A stretch of DNA of 64,000 bases, taken from assembly GCA_965649295.1 (NCBI GenBank), contig CBFGKH010000004.1, forward strand, positions 1 through 64,000, read 5' to 3'. Position 1 is the stretch's first letter; the number at the start of each line of letters is the position of its first letter. A model generated the notes under the pieces. The model did no database searches. It was not told the origin of the DNA and saw nothing but the letters and a program-made list of their open reading frames with translations. A program made the translations under genes and the position numbers. This stretch comes from a candidate division WOR-3 bacterium. GTDB taxonomy: Bacteria > Hydrothermota > Tepidihabitantia > Tepidihabitantales > Tepidihabitantaceae. Of this stretch, positions 36,847 through 47,555 are shown piece after piece.

Positions 36847-38700
36847 ATGGGAGTACTCGAAAGAGTCAACTCACCGGCAGACATCCGCCGCCTGCCACTG
36901 GCCAAACTGGCCGAACTCTGCACTGCAATTAGGCAGCTAATTGTGGAGACGACTGCTGCAAACGGCGGTCATACCGCGCCTAGTCTTGGCGTGGTTGAGC
37001 TAACCATCGCTCTCCACTACGCCTTCAACACTCCGGAAGATCAGATTATCTGGGATGTCGGGCACCAGTGCTACGCCCACAAAATAGTCACCGGCCGTCG
37101 CGACCGGTTCTCGACCCTGCGCCAGTTGGGCGGCATCGCTGGATTCCCTAAGCGTGCCGAAAGTGAATACGACGTCTTTGACACTGGGCACGCCGGCAAC
37201 TCGATTTCTGCGGCATTGGGCATTGCCATCGGTGACCGGCTACAAGGACGTAACCGCAAGGTCGTCGCGGTGATTGGCGATGGTTCGATCGTCACCGGGA
37301 TGGCACTTGAGGCTCTGAACCACGGCGGCTGCTTGAAACAAGACCTCATTGTCGTCCTTAATGACAACGAGATGTCAATTGCCCGTAGCACTGGCGCCAT
37401 GGCCACCTACCTTAATCGCATCATCACCGGCCGGATGTACAACCGGCTCAAGGCTGACATCTGGAATCTACTCGGTCATCTGCCAAAGGAAATGTCCGGT
37501 GTTTCCCGCCAGGCCGCTCGCAAACTCGAAGAAGGCATCAAGAACCTAGTCGTGCCCAGCCTTCTCTTTGAGGAACTCGGTTTCCGCTACATCGGTCCCG
37601 TCAACGGCCATTCGTTGCCCGAGCTTATCGAGACATTCCAGCGGGTACGGCGATTGCCCGGTCCAACACTTGTGCACACCGTCACCCGCAAAGGTCAGGG
37701 CTATCCGCCAGCGCTGGCCCATCCTGAACACTTCCACGGCACTGGCCCATTCGACATAGCCACTGGCCGGCCCCGTCCCGCCACCGACCCCAGCTTCACC
37801 GCCACGTTCGGCAAGACACTTGTCCGGCTTGGCGAACACGATAAACGAATTGCTGCTATCACTGCCGGTATGTGCCTCGGTACCGGTCTTGATGAATTCC
37901 GCAACCGCTACCCTCAGCGTTTCTACGATGTCGGCATCTGCGAGCAGCATGCCCTGACATTTGCTGCCGGCCTAGCCCAAGCTGGAATGAAACCGGTTGT
38001 TGCCATCTACTCGACCTTCCTCTGCCGCGCTATTGATCAACTGATTCAGGACATCTGTCTGCAGAATCTGCCGGTGGTTGTTGCTGTGGACCGCGCCGGT
38101 CTTGTCGGTGAAGACGGTCCAACCCACCACGGCATGTTTGACCTCAGCTACCTTTCAATGATTCCGCGTCTTGAGGTGATGGCACCAATGGACGAGCCCG
38201 AACTCGCAGCGATGCTGGAATACGCAATAGGCCAAGCCAATGGCCCGGTTGCCATCCGTTACCCGCGCGGTGGCTCAGGGCTGAAAGCTAGCTCCCACCA
38301 ACCGCTGCGGCCGATGCGGGCCGAACTCATCTGCGAAGGCGACAACGGCTGCGTCATCGCTATCGGCTCAATGGTCGGTCCGACACTTGCCGCCTGCCAA
38401 GGACACGGCATTGCTGTAGTCAACGCCCGCTGGGCTAAGCCGCTGGATGACGAACTGATCGCCGAAACAAGCCATCGCTTTCGGCGCATCGTAACGGTCG
38501 AAGAGAATGTCCTTGCCGGAGGATTCGGGTCAGCCGTTGAACTCGCACTATCCCAGACTGGTTATCAAGGTAGGCTGATGCGCATTGGACTTCCTGACCG
38601 ATTCATCGAACACGGTCCCCGCTCCACGCTGCTCCAATCGGTCGGCCTCGACCCATCCGGCCTTGCCCAGCGTTTTGGCACTTTTTTTACCAAGGATTAG
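36847..38700 (+). CDS. dxs: 1-deoxy-D-xylulose-5-phosphate synthase
   Basis: WDVGHQ.Y.HK, GDGS..LNDNEMSI, GICEQH, DRAGLVGEDGPTHHG, IRYPRG. Confidence 0.96.
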   Translation: MGVLERVNSPADIRRLPLAKLAELCTAIRQLIVETTAANGGHTAPSLGVVELTIALHYAFNTPEDQIIWDVGHQCYAHKIVTGRRDRFSTLRQLGGIAGFPKRAESEYDVFDTGHAGNSISAALGIAIGDRLQGRNRKVVAVIGDGSIVTGMALEALNHGGCLKQDLIVVLNDNEMSIARSTGAMATYLNRIITGRMYNRLKADIWNLLGHLPKEMSGVSRQAARKLEEGIKNLVVPSLLFEELGFRYIGPVNGHSLPELIETFQRVRRLPGPTLVHTVTRKGQGYPPALAHPEHFHGTGPFDIATGRPRPATDPSFTATFGKTLVRLGEHDKRIAAITAGMCLGTGLDEFRNRYPQRFYDVGICEQHALTFAAGLAQAGMKPVVAIYSTFLCRAIDQLIQDICLQNLPVVVAVDRAGLVGEDGPTHHGMFDLSYLSMIPRLEVMAPMDEPELAAMLEYAIGQANGPVAIRYPRGGSGLKASSHQPLRPMRAELICEGDNGCVIAIGSMVGPTLAACQGHGIAVVNARWAKPLDDELIAETSHRFRRIVTVEENVLAGGFGSAVELALSQTGYQGRLMRIGLPDRFIEHGPRSTLLQSVGLDPSGLAQRFGTFFTKD

Positions 38701-38703
38701 CCA

Positions 38704-41700
38704 GTGAGTACTCCTGCCCACCGTCTTCTTCTCCTCCTCTTTCTTGTCACAATTGCCGCTGCCGACCCAACGCTCTACGAACCAATCCGGTTCGTCGCCC
38801 GTCCTGACTACGAACTAGGCTACGTCTTCATCGAGCGCTGGCGCGGTAACCAATACATCGGCGTCGAACGGGTCGTAACAATCAGTGACTATCTTGATTA
38901 CGAGCTGCGTCGCTCAGTCAGTGAGACCTGGCGTCAGAAGGTTGAACGCACTCAGGAGCGCCGCGAAATCGAGGCCGACGCTTCCGGACTGATCCCGGAC
39001 ATTGTTCTTCCTAAACTGCCTTTGTTTGGCGAAGGCAGCCGCATCGATATCTCTGGCCGCGACCGGATAACTCTCGGCGGCCGGCAGACATTTGTTCGCG
39101 GCGCCTATCTCTCCTCGGGCAGCCTTTTCCCGGAGCTCAAGATGGAGCAACAGCTCTCGGTTCTGCTCAACGGTACGATCGGTGAGCGCACCAAGGTAAC
39201 GATTGACTACGATGTTGAGCGACGCAGCAGTGACAACAAGGTACTGCTCGCCTACACCGGTACCGAGGACGAAATCGTCCAGACTGTCGAACTCGGCAAC
39301 ACCCGTCTTTCGATTCCCGCTACTGCCTATACCGGTGACCTGCCCGCCCGCAAGGGACTGTTCGGTGCATCGGCCCGGGGGCGGCTTGGCGGCATTGACA
39401 TCTATGCCGTTGCCTCTCGTGAGGAGTCACAGGGTCAAACCCAGACCTTTACTGGCCGACGCATCGTGAACACTGACACGATCTACTGTGGCCAATATCT
39501 GCCCCGGCGCTTCTATGTCCTGCCCGTACCTGAGACCACGACGGTTCGCTCAGTTCGCGTCTATATAGATGACAAGAATCAATCAAACAACCAGACCTCA
39601 GAACCAGGGATTGCCACAGTTTGGCCAGACCAACCTGACCGTCTGCCTGACTCGACTAACTGGACCTACGACCGCGCACCTGGCGCCTTCGATCCCCGCA
39701 TCGCCAACAAGGACTACATCATCCACCCCGGCAACATCATCGAGTTCACCACCACAATTGACAACAACAATGTCATCGGCCTCATCATTGAAACCGCCAC
39801 CGACACTATTGGCGGCAGCTACTACCAGGACTCGCTCGTCCTCCTGTTGCTCAAACCGGAACGTACCGACACATCATCACTCACCTGGGACAACGAGATG
39901 CGCAACATCTACAGCCTGCGCCGCAACGACGTCAGTCTGCAGAGCTTCCGACTCTACCGGGATTCAACTGGCAGCGTTGATCTCGAGTATGAAGACCAAG
40001 GCCCCAATGCCGGTCGTCGTTTCAGCGAAATCCTCGGCATTGACCCAGACGGCGATGGTCGAATTGACTATCCTTGGTTCGAGGCTAAGACCGGCCTCAT
40101 TCGCTTTCCTGGCCGGAAGCCATTCCAAGACCCCGGTCTGAGCGTTCGCGAATCAATCATCTACCGGAAGGAGCCGTCTCAGCTCCGCCCCGACGAGGGC
40201 CGCAAGTATTTCATCGTCGCCACCTACACTAGCACCACTGAGAAATACTACCTCGGGCAACCCGATATCACCGAAAACTCCGAACGGGTAATGGTCAACG
40301 GCGAGGTCTGGCGCAGGGGTGATGACTACACGATTGACTACCGAGCTGGCACCATTAACTTCGTCCGGCCGCTCCTGCCCGACGCCAACATCCAAGTTAC
40401 CTACGAGTATCAGCCTATTTTCTCGATCAGTCAGAAGTCGCTCGTCGGCACACGCGCAGAATGGAATCCGGCGCCAGCGACCCGCGTCGGCACAAGTCTG
40501 TTCTTCCGCGGCGAGGGCACCGCCGACGAACGACCTCAGCTCGGCACCGAACCGTTCAACCGCGCCATCGCCGAGGCTGATGCTGCCTATGCCTGGACAT
40601 CCGACGCAGTCACCGCTTTCATTGACCGACTGCCGGTGATTCGCGCCTCCAATCCCACTCGCTTCGATGCTGCCGGCGAGGTCGCTCTCTCCCTACCTGA
40701 CCCCAATACCCGCGGTACAGCATGGCTCGATGATTTCAGCGGCACCACCCTGACCAGCGACGTCTCAATCACCAGCGGACTCTGGTCCTGGGCCTCGGTA
40801 CCGGTAGAAAAGGACACTGCCGATTTTGCCACCCGACCAATATTCTGGCGCAACGCCCGCCGCGGCCAGCAGGTACCGATCGACTCCGTCTTCGGCCCCC
40901 AGACCGGCCGCAGCGGCGAAACACACGATTACCTACGTGTCATCTACCAGCCTGATTCCAACAATCCAAACAGTTGGGCTGGCATAATGACTGGTATCAG
41001 CGGCGGCAGCAATCTGTCCGACTTCGAGAATTTACAGATTGTGCTGCGCTCCCGCCGTCGTAGCGGCCGCATCCACATTACTGTCGGCTATTCGATTGAT
41101 GAGGACGCACCGCGACGTAACCGCGCTGGCCGTATCGTCGGCTATGACGGTATCAATAACACTGAAGACCGCAACGGCAACGGAATCCTCGATGCCGACG
41201 AGGATACTGGACTCGACGGCATCTTTGGCGATGACAGTAAGTGGAACCCGGACTCCGCCGACGACGGCAACGACGACTTCGATGAAGAGATCAATCCGAA
41301 CGGCACTGAAGGTAATCGTCGCACGACACCCGACGCCGAGGACCTCGACCGCTCCGGCTTCAGCCGCTACAACCACTACTTCGAATGTGCCATCAATCTC
41401 GACGACGCCCGCTGGCTGCAGCCGCTCCATCGGGACTGGCAACTGCTCCGCGTTCCGCTCAAGGACTCCACCATTTTCCGCGCCACTGGCCGGCCACGTT
41501 GGGAAGACGTCCGGCTCGTTCGCATCTGGTTCGACAACTTCATCGCCACCGACACAATTGACTTCTACTCTATCGAGTTCACCGGTTCACGCTGGGCTAG
41601 CCCACGACTGACCACGCTCACTGGCCAGCCGGTCCGACCACCAAAGCGTGACACACTCACTCCGATTTGGCATCATAACACTGCTAGCGACACTGTCGAT

Positions 41701-44295
41701 CGTGTTTGGGTTCGGATGATATCACGTACCACCGACCCAGGCATCTATACTTCACCATATGAACTCAGGAAAGACGCGCAAGGACGCCTTGAAGAGGAAG
41801 CAGCATTACTACTGGGCTATCAACGCCTACGGGCTGACCGGCGGGCGGTCATTACCCGCGTCGCTGCCGACCGGGACGACTACCGCGACTACCGCGAACT
41901 CCGCATCTACGTTCACGATGACGGCAACTCGCTCAGCTTTCTTCTTCGCCTTGGGTCCGACTCACTCAACTACTACGAGTATCGGGCTCCAATAACTGCC
42001 GGACGACTCGTGCCTGGCCGCGATGACCGGTGGTATGAGTTCGCAATCCCCCTCGACTCGTTGCCGATACTCAAGGTCCTCAAGGCCCAGCGTGACTCAC
42101 AGACTACGCCAACCGATACATTCAGCCGCGGCCAGTATCGCCTTCGCGGCAACCCGACACTGGCCGACATCCGCTACACCGCCCTTGGCATCGAGAACGA
42201 AACTAACGATTTGATATCCGGGGCAATCTGGTTCAATGACATGCGACTGTCCGGGCCTCGTCGCGAGACCGGCTACGGTGCCCAGGCTCGAGCCGCTCTG
42301 TCCCTTGCCGACTTTGTCACTGCCAGCGCCAACGTCAACTACTCAGATCCAAATTTCCGCCGATTCAGTGAGGGGCGTGAGGTCAAAATTGGTGGATTCG
42401 GTACCCAGCTGGCCGCGAGCATCCGTACCAACTTTGACCGGCTGCTACCCTATAGTTGGGGACTCTCGATACCACTTCTCTATCAGGTTTCAAGGCAGGA
42501 AAACCTGCCGAAGTACTCAACTGACTACTCTGATCTGCGCACAGCCGGCACAATTGACAGTTTGGAACGGTCATTTGGCCGAACTGAGGAATTTGCCATC
42601 GAGAACGTCCGCAAGCAGCGATCAGGCAGTCGGTTACTCAACTACACGGTTGAAGCTCTGACTTTTTCCGGCCGCCGCCGCAAGGCCACCAACCAAGGCC
42701 CACTCGGCACCGACACCTCGACGAGCACAACTACCCAACTTGCCTATGCAATCGCGCCCGCCTGGCGAATAGGGGTCTGGGGCGACGAAGAACTATCCCT
42801 CCTGCCCCAGAACATTCGTCTTGCCGCCGTCCAAACCCAGCGCCGAGATTTCCGACGCACTTTCCGTCCCCGGCTCGACTCAACCTTGGTGCGGGCCGCA
42901 GTTCTCAGCACCGATGCCAGCATTGACTACTCACCGTTTGATGAGCTGGACTTTGGTCTTGACTTCCAGTCCGAACGTGACCTGCTGCCTGATTCAGCTC
43001 GGCCGTGGTACCAACGAGTCGGAACCGAGGCAAGTCAAGACCAGAGTTTCGATGCTGGCTACGAGATTGAACTTGGCGACGTCCTAACGCCGAGTATTGA
43101 CTTCAGTAGCTCCTACTCACACGACCGGCTCAAAGCTGGCAACCAATACCTGTCGGTACGCAACATGAACAACTCCGGCGATGTTGACCTGTCGCTTGGC
43201 CTGGATATTCCCGAGATTCTCGAACGACTTGGCGCTGAACCAACCCCTAGCCGCACCCGAGCGGCCGCTGAGACTTCCAGTGTTCCCAGCCGGGCCGCAC
43301 CGAAGACAGGAACTGCGTTGCGTCAGCGTCTCGGTCGAATCGCCCGCTATATCGAGCCCGTTGACATCGCCTACTCCTATTCCCGCGGAAGCGACCTTGT
43401 TGCCGTGTCGGGCGATGCTCCGATTGCCTATCGGTTCGGCATCGTCAACTACTTCACTACCAGTGAATCTGCCCCGCCGACAAGCATCACCCGTGACCAG
43501 GACAATACCTTGCGCGCCTCTTCCGGCCTGCGCTTCGGCGAAGTGTCCAGCCGGGTAGCTTTTGACGCCACTGGCGGCCGGCAGTATCGCATCATTTCTC
43601 GCAACCAAAGTGCAGTACTAGATAGCACCGTCACTTGGCCGGACCTGACACTGAACATCGGTAAAGTACACAACCTGTTCAAGGAGCTTGCGACCAGCTC
43701 GACTCTGTCCTCGCGGTTTGCGCTACGTCGTGTTTTGTCTGGCGAACTAAGACGAGATACACTGGACCGAGAGTATCTCGCTGTCTATGGCCGTACGGAA
43801 ACCAACCGGGTCGAATTCAGTCCTCTGCTCTCCTGGCAGACCAGCTGGAAACGACGGGTGACGACCACACTGTCGGCTAACTACACCATGGCGCGAGCAA
43901 CGAGTTTTCGCAACGAGACAGGAACAAACAAAGGAGAATCGGATACGCGCACACGCGGGGCCGAACTTTCACTTGCCTATTCGTTTGCGGCGCCTCAAGG
44001 TATCAAACTGCCGTTTCTATCCAAGGTCCGCTTCTCATCCGACCTAAGCCTGACCTGGTCCCTGCGCTACTCCAACAGCCTGCGCCGCGATCGGCTAATC
44101 ACCGACCAGAACCAAAACCCAAACTGGACCGGGCTGCAGAACGATAACTCGGTAGCAACCACCCTCTCTGCTTCCTATCGCTTCTCCCGCTCAATTGAAG
44201 CAGGATTGCAAACCGGCTACTCTCGGGCAAAAGGGCTGGCCCCGCAAACGACCGAGACGCTAGACCTCAATGTCTGGGTGATGTTCCGGTTCTAG
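38704..44295 (+). CDS. Large outer-membrane protein, SprA (T9SS translocon)-like
   Basis: 1863 aa with signal peptide; YTGTEDEIVQTVELGN, DYTIDY..G, EDRNGNGILD.DED.GLDG; extensive beta-strand C-terminus ending in F. Confidence 0.75.
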   Translation: MSTPAHRLLLLLFLVTIAAADPTLYEPIRFVARPDYELGYVFIERWRGNQYIGVERVVTISDYLDYELRRSVSETWRQKVERTQERREIEADASGLIPDIVLPKLPLFGEGSRIDISGRDRITLGGRQTFVRGAYLSSGSLFPELKMEQQLSVLLNGTIGERTKVTIDYDVERRSSDNKVLLAYTGTEDEIVQTVELGNTRLSIPATAYTGDLPARKGLFGASARGRLGGIDIYAVASREESQGQTQTFTGRRIVNTDTIYCGQYLPRRFYVLPVPETTTVRSVRVYIDDKNQSNNQTSEPGIATVWPDQPDRLPDSTNWTYDRAPGAFDPRIANKDYIIHPGNIIEFTTTIDNNNVIGLIIETATDTIGGSYYQDSLVLLLLKPERTDTSSLTWDNEMRNIYSLRRNDVSLQSFRLYRDSTGSVDLEYEDQGPNAGRRFSEILGIDPDGDGRIDYPWFEAKTGLIRFPGRKPFQDPGLSVRESIIYRKEPSQLRPDEGRKYFIVATYTSTTEKYYLGQPDITENSERVMVNGEVWRRGDDYTIDYRAGTINFVRPLLPDANIQVTYEYQPIFSISQKSLVGTRAEWNPAPATRVGTSLFFRGEGTADERPQLGTEPFNRAIAEADAAYAWTSDAVTAFIDRLPVIRASNPTRFDAAGEVALSLPDPNTRGTAWLDDFSGTTLTSDVSITSGLWSWASVPVEKDTADFATRPIFWRNARRGQQVPIDSVFGPQTGRSGETHDYLRVIYQPDSNNPNSWAGIMTGISGGSNLSDFENLQIVLRSRRRSGRIHITVGYSIDEDAPRRNRAGRIVGYDGINNTEDRNGNGILDADEDTGLDGIFGDDSKWNPDSADDGNDDFDEEINPNGTEGNRRTTPDAEDLDRSGFSRYNHYFECAINLDDARWLQPLHRDWQLLRVPLKDSTIFRATGRPRWEDVRLVRIWFDNFIATDTIDFYSIEFTGSRWASPRLTTLTGQPVRPPKRDTLTPIWHHNTASDTVDRVWVRMISRTTDPGIYTSPYELRKDAQGRLEEEAALLLGYQRLRADRRAVITRVAADRDDYRDYRELRIYVHDDGNSLSFLLRLGSDSLNYYEYRAPITAGRLVPGRDDRWYEFAIPLDSLPILKVLKAQRDSQTTPTDTFSRGQYRLRGNPTLADIRYTALGIENETNDLISGAIWFNDMRLSGPRRETGYGAQARAALSLADFVTASANVNYSDPNFRRFSEGREVKIGGFGTQLAASIRTNFDRLLPYSWGLSIPLLYQVSRQENLPKYSTDYSDLRTAGTIDSLERSFGRTEEFAIENVRKQRSGSRLLNYTVEALTFSGRRRKATNQGPLGTDTSTSTTTQLAYAIAPAWRIGVWGDEELSLLPQNIRLAAVQTQRRDFRRTFRPRLDSTLVRAAVLSTDASIDYSPFDELDFGLDFQSERDLLPDSARPWYQRVGTEASQDQSFDAGYEIELGDVLTPSIDFSSSYSHDRLKAGNQYLSVRNMNNSGDVDLSLGLDIPEILERLGAEPTPSRTRAAAETSSVPSRAAPKTGTALRQRLGRIARYIEPVDIAYSYSRGSDLVAVSGDAPIAYRFGIVNYFTTSESAPPTSITRDQDNTLRASSGLRFGEVSSRVAFDATGGRQYRIISRNQSAVLDSTVTWPDLTLNIGKVHNLFKELATSSTLSSRFALRRVLSGELRRDTLDREYLAVYGRTETNRVEFSPLLSWQTSWKRRVTTTLSANYTMARATSFRNETGTNKGESDTRTRGAELSLAYSFAAPQGIKLPFLSKVRFSSDLSLTWSLRYSNSLRRDRLITDQNQNPNWTGLQNDNSVATTLSASYRFSRSIEAGLQTGYSRAKGLAPQTTETLDLNVWVMFRF

Positions 44296-45461
44296 TTGCG
44301 GAGCGCTGCCAGCAGCGTGTAGGCCGCGAGACGCGGATTGACTCCGTAGCGCGAGCAATCGTCCTTTCTTGCTAACAGATACTTCACTGCTCGTCGCAGA
44401 TAATCCGGCTGCAGATTATCAATCCGACGGCGCGCAGCAGGATTTCGCTCGATGAAATCTGAACCGGCGCCTAGCCGGTAGCGCATAGCCTGGCGGTAGA
44501 GAAACAGGAAAGTACCAACGACTATCGGTGCCGGCGTATCTGCGAGTTCTTCGAGCAGTTGAAGTGGTTGGCCAGTCCCCTGACAGAAGTAGTCGACAAT
44601 CGACTGACTCAGCACCGCCTCTGGCTCGGTTAGGAACCGGTCGGCCAGTCCAAGCGATCCCGCCCCAAACAATCCAGCCAGCGCGGCCTGTTCAGGATTG
44701 GCCTGCCGATGGGTCATTAGCCACTCCTGGATGACCCTTGCCGTTAGGTCGCCAAACCTAACTACCGCACAGCGTGAGCGGATCGTGTCGGGGACTGCCC
44801 ACAGGTTATCGGTGGTGAGAACGAAAGTGGTCTGCTCCTGAGGCTCCTCCAGTATCTTAAGCAAGGCATTAGCGGCCACCTCGTTCATTCGGTGCGCCAT
44901 GAGAATAATGACGAACCGCTGACGAGCGGCCAGCGGCGCCCGCGACATCTCGCTACGAAGCCAGCGAATCGTGCCAATGTGAATCTGATGACGCGGATCC
45001 GGTACCGGCTGCGACCTGCCGAGGCAGTACTCAGGATACCGACTCGTTGTTTCCGAGGCGTACTCCTCTGGCTTGGCGTCATCGCCACTCAGTGCCTTGA
45101 TCGGAAAAACAAGCTTCACATCGGGATGTGTAAGGGATGCAATACTGCGACATGCTCGACAATCACCGCAGGGATTGAAGGTCGGTTCCTGGCCGCCCGC
45201 GGCATCTCTTGGGTCAAATGCCTTCTGTTCTTGACAATTCGCCGCCTGGGCCAGTCGCAGGGCAGCGGTTCGCTTACCGACTCCAGCCTGACCAATGAAA
45301 AGTAGTGACTGCCGGTGGTCGGCAGCTAACCAACGACCAAGCACCCGCACGACCCGATCTTGCCCGACGATCAAAGAACCGGGCTGTGAGCTCGAAAGCC
45401 CAAAGGTCAAGCTTACTGATTTGGAATTCGAGATTCGCGGGCCGGACCTAGCTCTAGCCAT
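44292..45461 (-). CDS. holB: DNA polymerase III subunit delta'
   Basis: G.AGVGK, Zn motif C..PCGDCRAC, HPD, AANALLKILEEP, TIRSRC. Confidence 0.88.
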   Translation of the reverse strand: MARARSGPRISNSKSVSLTFGLSSSQPGSLIVGQDRVVRVLGRWLAADHRQSLLFIGQAGVGKRTAALRLAQAANCQEQKAFDPRDAAGGQEPTFNPCGDCRACRSIASLTHPDVKLVFPIKALSGDDAKPEEYASETTSRYPEYCLGRSQPVPDPRHQIHIGTIRWLRSEMSRAPLAARQRFVIILMAHRMNEVAANALLKILEEPQEQTTFVLTTDNLWAVPDTIRSRCAVVRFGDLTARVIQEWLMTHRQANPEQAALAGLFGAGSLGLADRFLTEPEAVLSQSIVDYFCQGTGQPLQLLEELADTPAPIVVGTFLFLYRQAMRYRLGAGSDFIERNPAARRRIDNLQPDYLRRAVKYLLARKDDCSRYGVNPRLAAYTLLAALRN

Positions 45462-45464
45462 TTC

Positions 45465-46625
45465 TCACTTCCCGAGCCATATCATCGGGTCCACTGGTCT
45501 GCCGTCCTTACGCACCTCAAAGTGAAGGCTCTCACCAACAGTTCCGATTGGTGTGTCTTCACCTACCTCGGCACCGACCCTTGCCGCCATCTCATCAAGG
45601 CCACCGTAGAGAGTGTAATACCCATCACCATGATCGATGATTATCAGATTACCATAACCCATGAAGCGGTCGGCATAGGCCACTCTGCCAGCCGCCACCG
45701 CCTTCACCGGTTCTCCTGGCTTTGTCTTGATGTCTATGCCAAGACTGGTTGTTCGCGTACCATAGCGCGGATCGGTCTGGGTACCGAATCCAGTAACTAC
45801 GGTCCCTCGCACTGGCCACGGTAGCTTGCCACGCAGGGCAGCCAGCCCCCCGGCGCCAGTCCAGTTTGCCCGCTTCGCTTCCAGTTCGAGCACAAGGGCC
45901 GTGAGTCGGTCAGCCGCTGCCTGCAGCTGAGCGCGAACTGCCTCTCGCTCTGCGCTCTGTGAACGCACCGAACGCAGCAGAATCCGCTCCTGCTCCTGCG
46001 CTTCGGCCAGACTTGCCTGCTGACGGGCTTGTTCCTCCTGCAACCGACTGATTTCAGCTTGAGCCGCCTCGAGCCGAGCGCGTTGTCGGCCCAGGTCAAG
46101 TTGCAAGACAGTCATCTCGTCAGCCAGCCTCTGATCAGCTCTGGCAATCCAACGCAGATAGACCATCCGACGATAGAAACTGGTCAGACTCCGTGTCGAG
46201 AGTAATGCATCAAGAGCAATGGTTCGTCCGTACTTGTAGATTGCCACGAGACGCCGACCAAGATCACGCTTGCGCTGACTGATGCGGTCAGTTATTCTTT
46301 CAATCTCACGGGCAACCGCGGCCACTTCGCGTCGCCGCGCCTCGGCCTGGGCCGAAAGCCCAGCCAAGTAGCGTCGAGTCAGTGCAATTCGCTCAGCATA
46401 GGCATCAATCTTCGCTAACGTCATCTGTTCCTGCTGGCCCAGTTCAACAAGTTGCTGTCTAACCTGATCAAGCCGGGCGCGTGTCGAACTTAATTCAGCC
46501 TGGTTCTTGGCAATCAGCGAGTCAAGAGCAGCTGCGCTGGTATCAGCCAGCCCAATCGAGTCGAGCGGCTGTGCTGTAAGCTGTGTCGACAGCAGTAGTA
46601 ACCAGCAAGCCAACCACCTGTTCAT
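45465..46625 (-). CDS. envC: Murein hydrolase activator EnvC family (coiled coil plus M23)
   Basis: Signal peptide, long coiled coil, LPWPVRG, GYGNLIIIDHG, LHFEVR; adjacent to ftsEX. Confidence 0.85.
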   Translation of the reverse strand: MNRWLACWLLLLSTQLTAQPLDSIGLADTSAAALDSLIAKNQAELSSTRARLDQVRQQLVELGQQEQMTLAKIDAYAERIALTRRYLAGLSAQAEARRREVAAVAREIERITDRISQRKRDLGRRLVAIYKYGRTIALDALLSTRSLTSFYRRMVYLRWIARADQRLADEMTVLQLDLGRQRARLEAAQAEISRLQEEQARQQASLAEAQEQERILLRSVRSQSAEREAVRAQLQAAADRLTALVLELEAKRANWTGAGGLAALRGKLPWPVRGTVVTGFGTQTDPRYGTRTTSLGIDIKTKPGEPVKAVAAGRVAYADRFMGYGNLIIIDHGDGYYTLYGGLDEMAARVGAEVGEDTPIGTVGESLHFEVRKDGRPVDPMIWLGK

Positions 46626-46655
46626 TGCTGTCCGACCAGCAGTAGCTGCACCTGG

Positions 46656-47555
46656 CTAGCCCCTGGCTTGAGGCTTCGGTCTTGAAGACCGGATCTTCGG
46701 CTGGGGCAACTGCTGTATCCGGCCGAGCGCAAGTGCCGCTCCCAGCAACCCAAGCAATGTCCCAAGACCGAGGTTGACCCCAAGCACGAGCGACAACGGG
46801 AATAGCGGTACAGCAACAACCGCCGCTACCAATCGATAGAACACAAAAACAAGCAGTATCGATGTGATTCCACCGGCCAGTCCCTGTACCGCGCCTTCGA
46901 TAATAAACGGCAACCGTACCGTCATCCGTTCGGCACCAACAAGCTCCATCACTGCAATCTCATGCCGACGGGCAACAATCGAGCTATCAACGGTCTGGAA
47001 CACAATGAAGGCGACAGCTATCGAGACCACGACTAGCATCATGATATCCACCGCCACCGCCGTTCGAGTTATCTGAGTGAGTCGATCAATCATCTCCTTC
47101 CCGGACCAGACCTCAGCCACGCCCGGCAGCAAGGCAATCTTCTGCTCAATCTCGCCGATCCGATCAGCGCTGGCATAGTCGGGATGGATTGTTACCCTTA
47201 CCGAAGCTGGCAACGGGTTGTCTCCCAGAGCTGAAAGCAAAGCCGTGTCCTCACCGAGCTCAGTCGCAAGTTCAGCCAACGCCTCTTCCTTCGAAACGAA
47301 CCTAGTACCGGTGACCCCTTCAATTAGGCCAATCCGTTCGGTGAGACGACTGCCCGCTGCCGGTTCGAGAAGAAAAACGTCTATCTCCGCCTGCCGGCCC
47401 GCGACCCGCACCAGCGCTACCACGTTGACAGTCAACAACGCGAAAAGCGATAGTACCATAAGACAGACACCAAGCACCGCTGCCGACAACAAGAAACCAT
47501 TCCGATTGCGGAGAATACCCAATCGTACCGAGTCGAGAAGGTAGCTAGCCCTCAT
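46656..47555 (-). CDS. ftsX: Cell division permease FtsX
   Basis: TM helix, FVSKEEAL, NPLPAS, RRHEIAVMELVGA, PFIIEG. Confidence 0.9.
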   Translation of the reverse strand: MRASYLLDSVRLGILRNRNGFLLSAAVLGVCLMVLSLFALLTVNVVALVRVAGRQAEIDVFLLEPAAGSRLTERIGLIEGVTGTRFVSKEEALAELATELGEDTALLSALGDNPLPASVRVTIHPDYASADRIGEIEQKIALLPGVAEVWSGKEMIDRLTQITRTAVAVDIMMLVVVSIAVAFIVFQTVDSSIVARRHEIAVMELVGAERMTVRLPFIIEGAVQGLAGGITSILLVFVFYRLVAAVVAVPLFPLSLVLGVNLGLGTLLGLLGAALALGRIQQLPQPKIRSSRPKPQARG

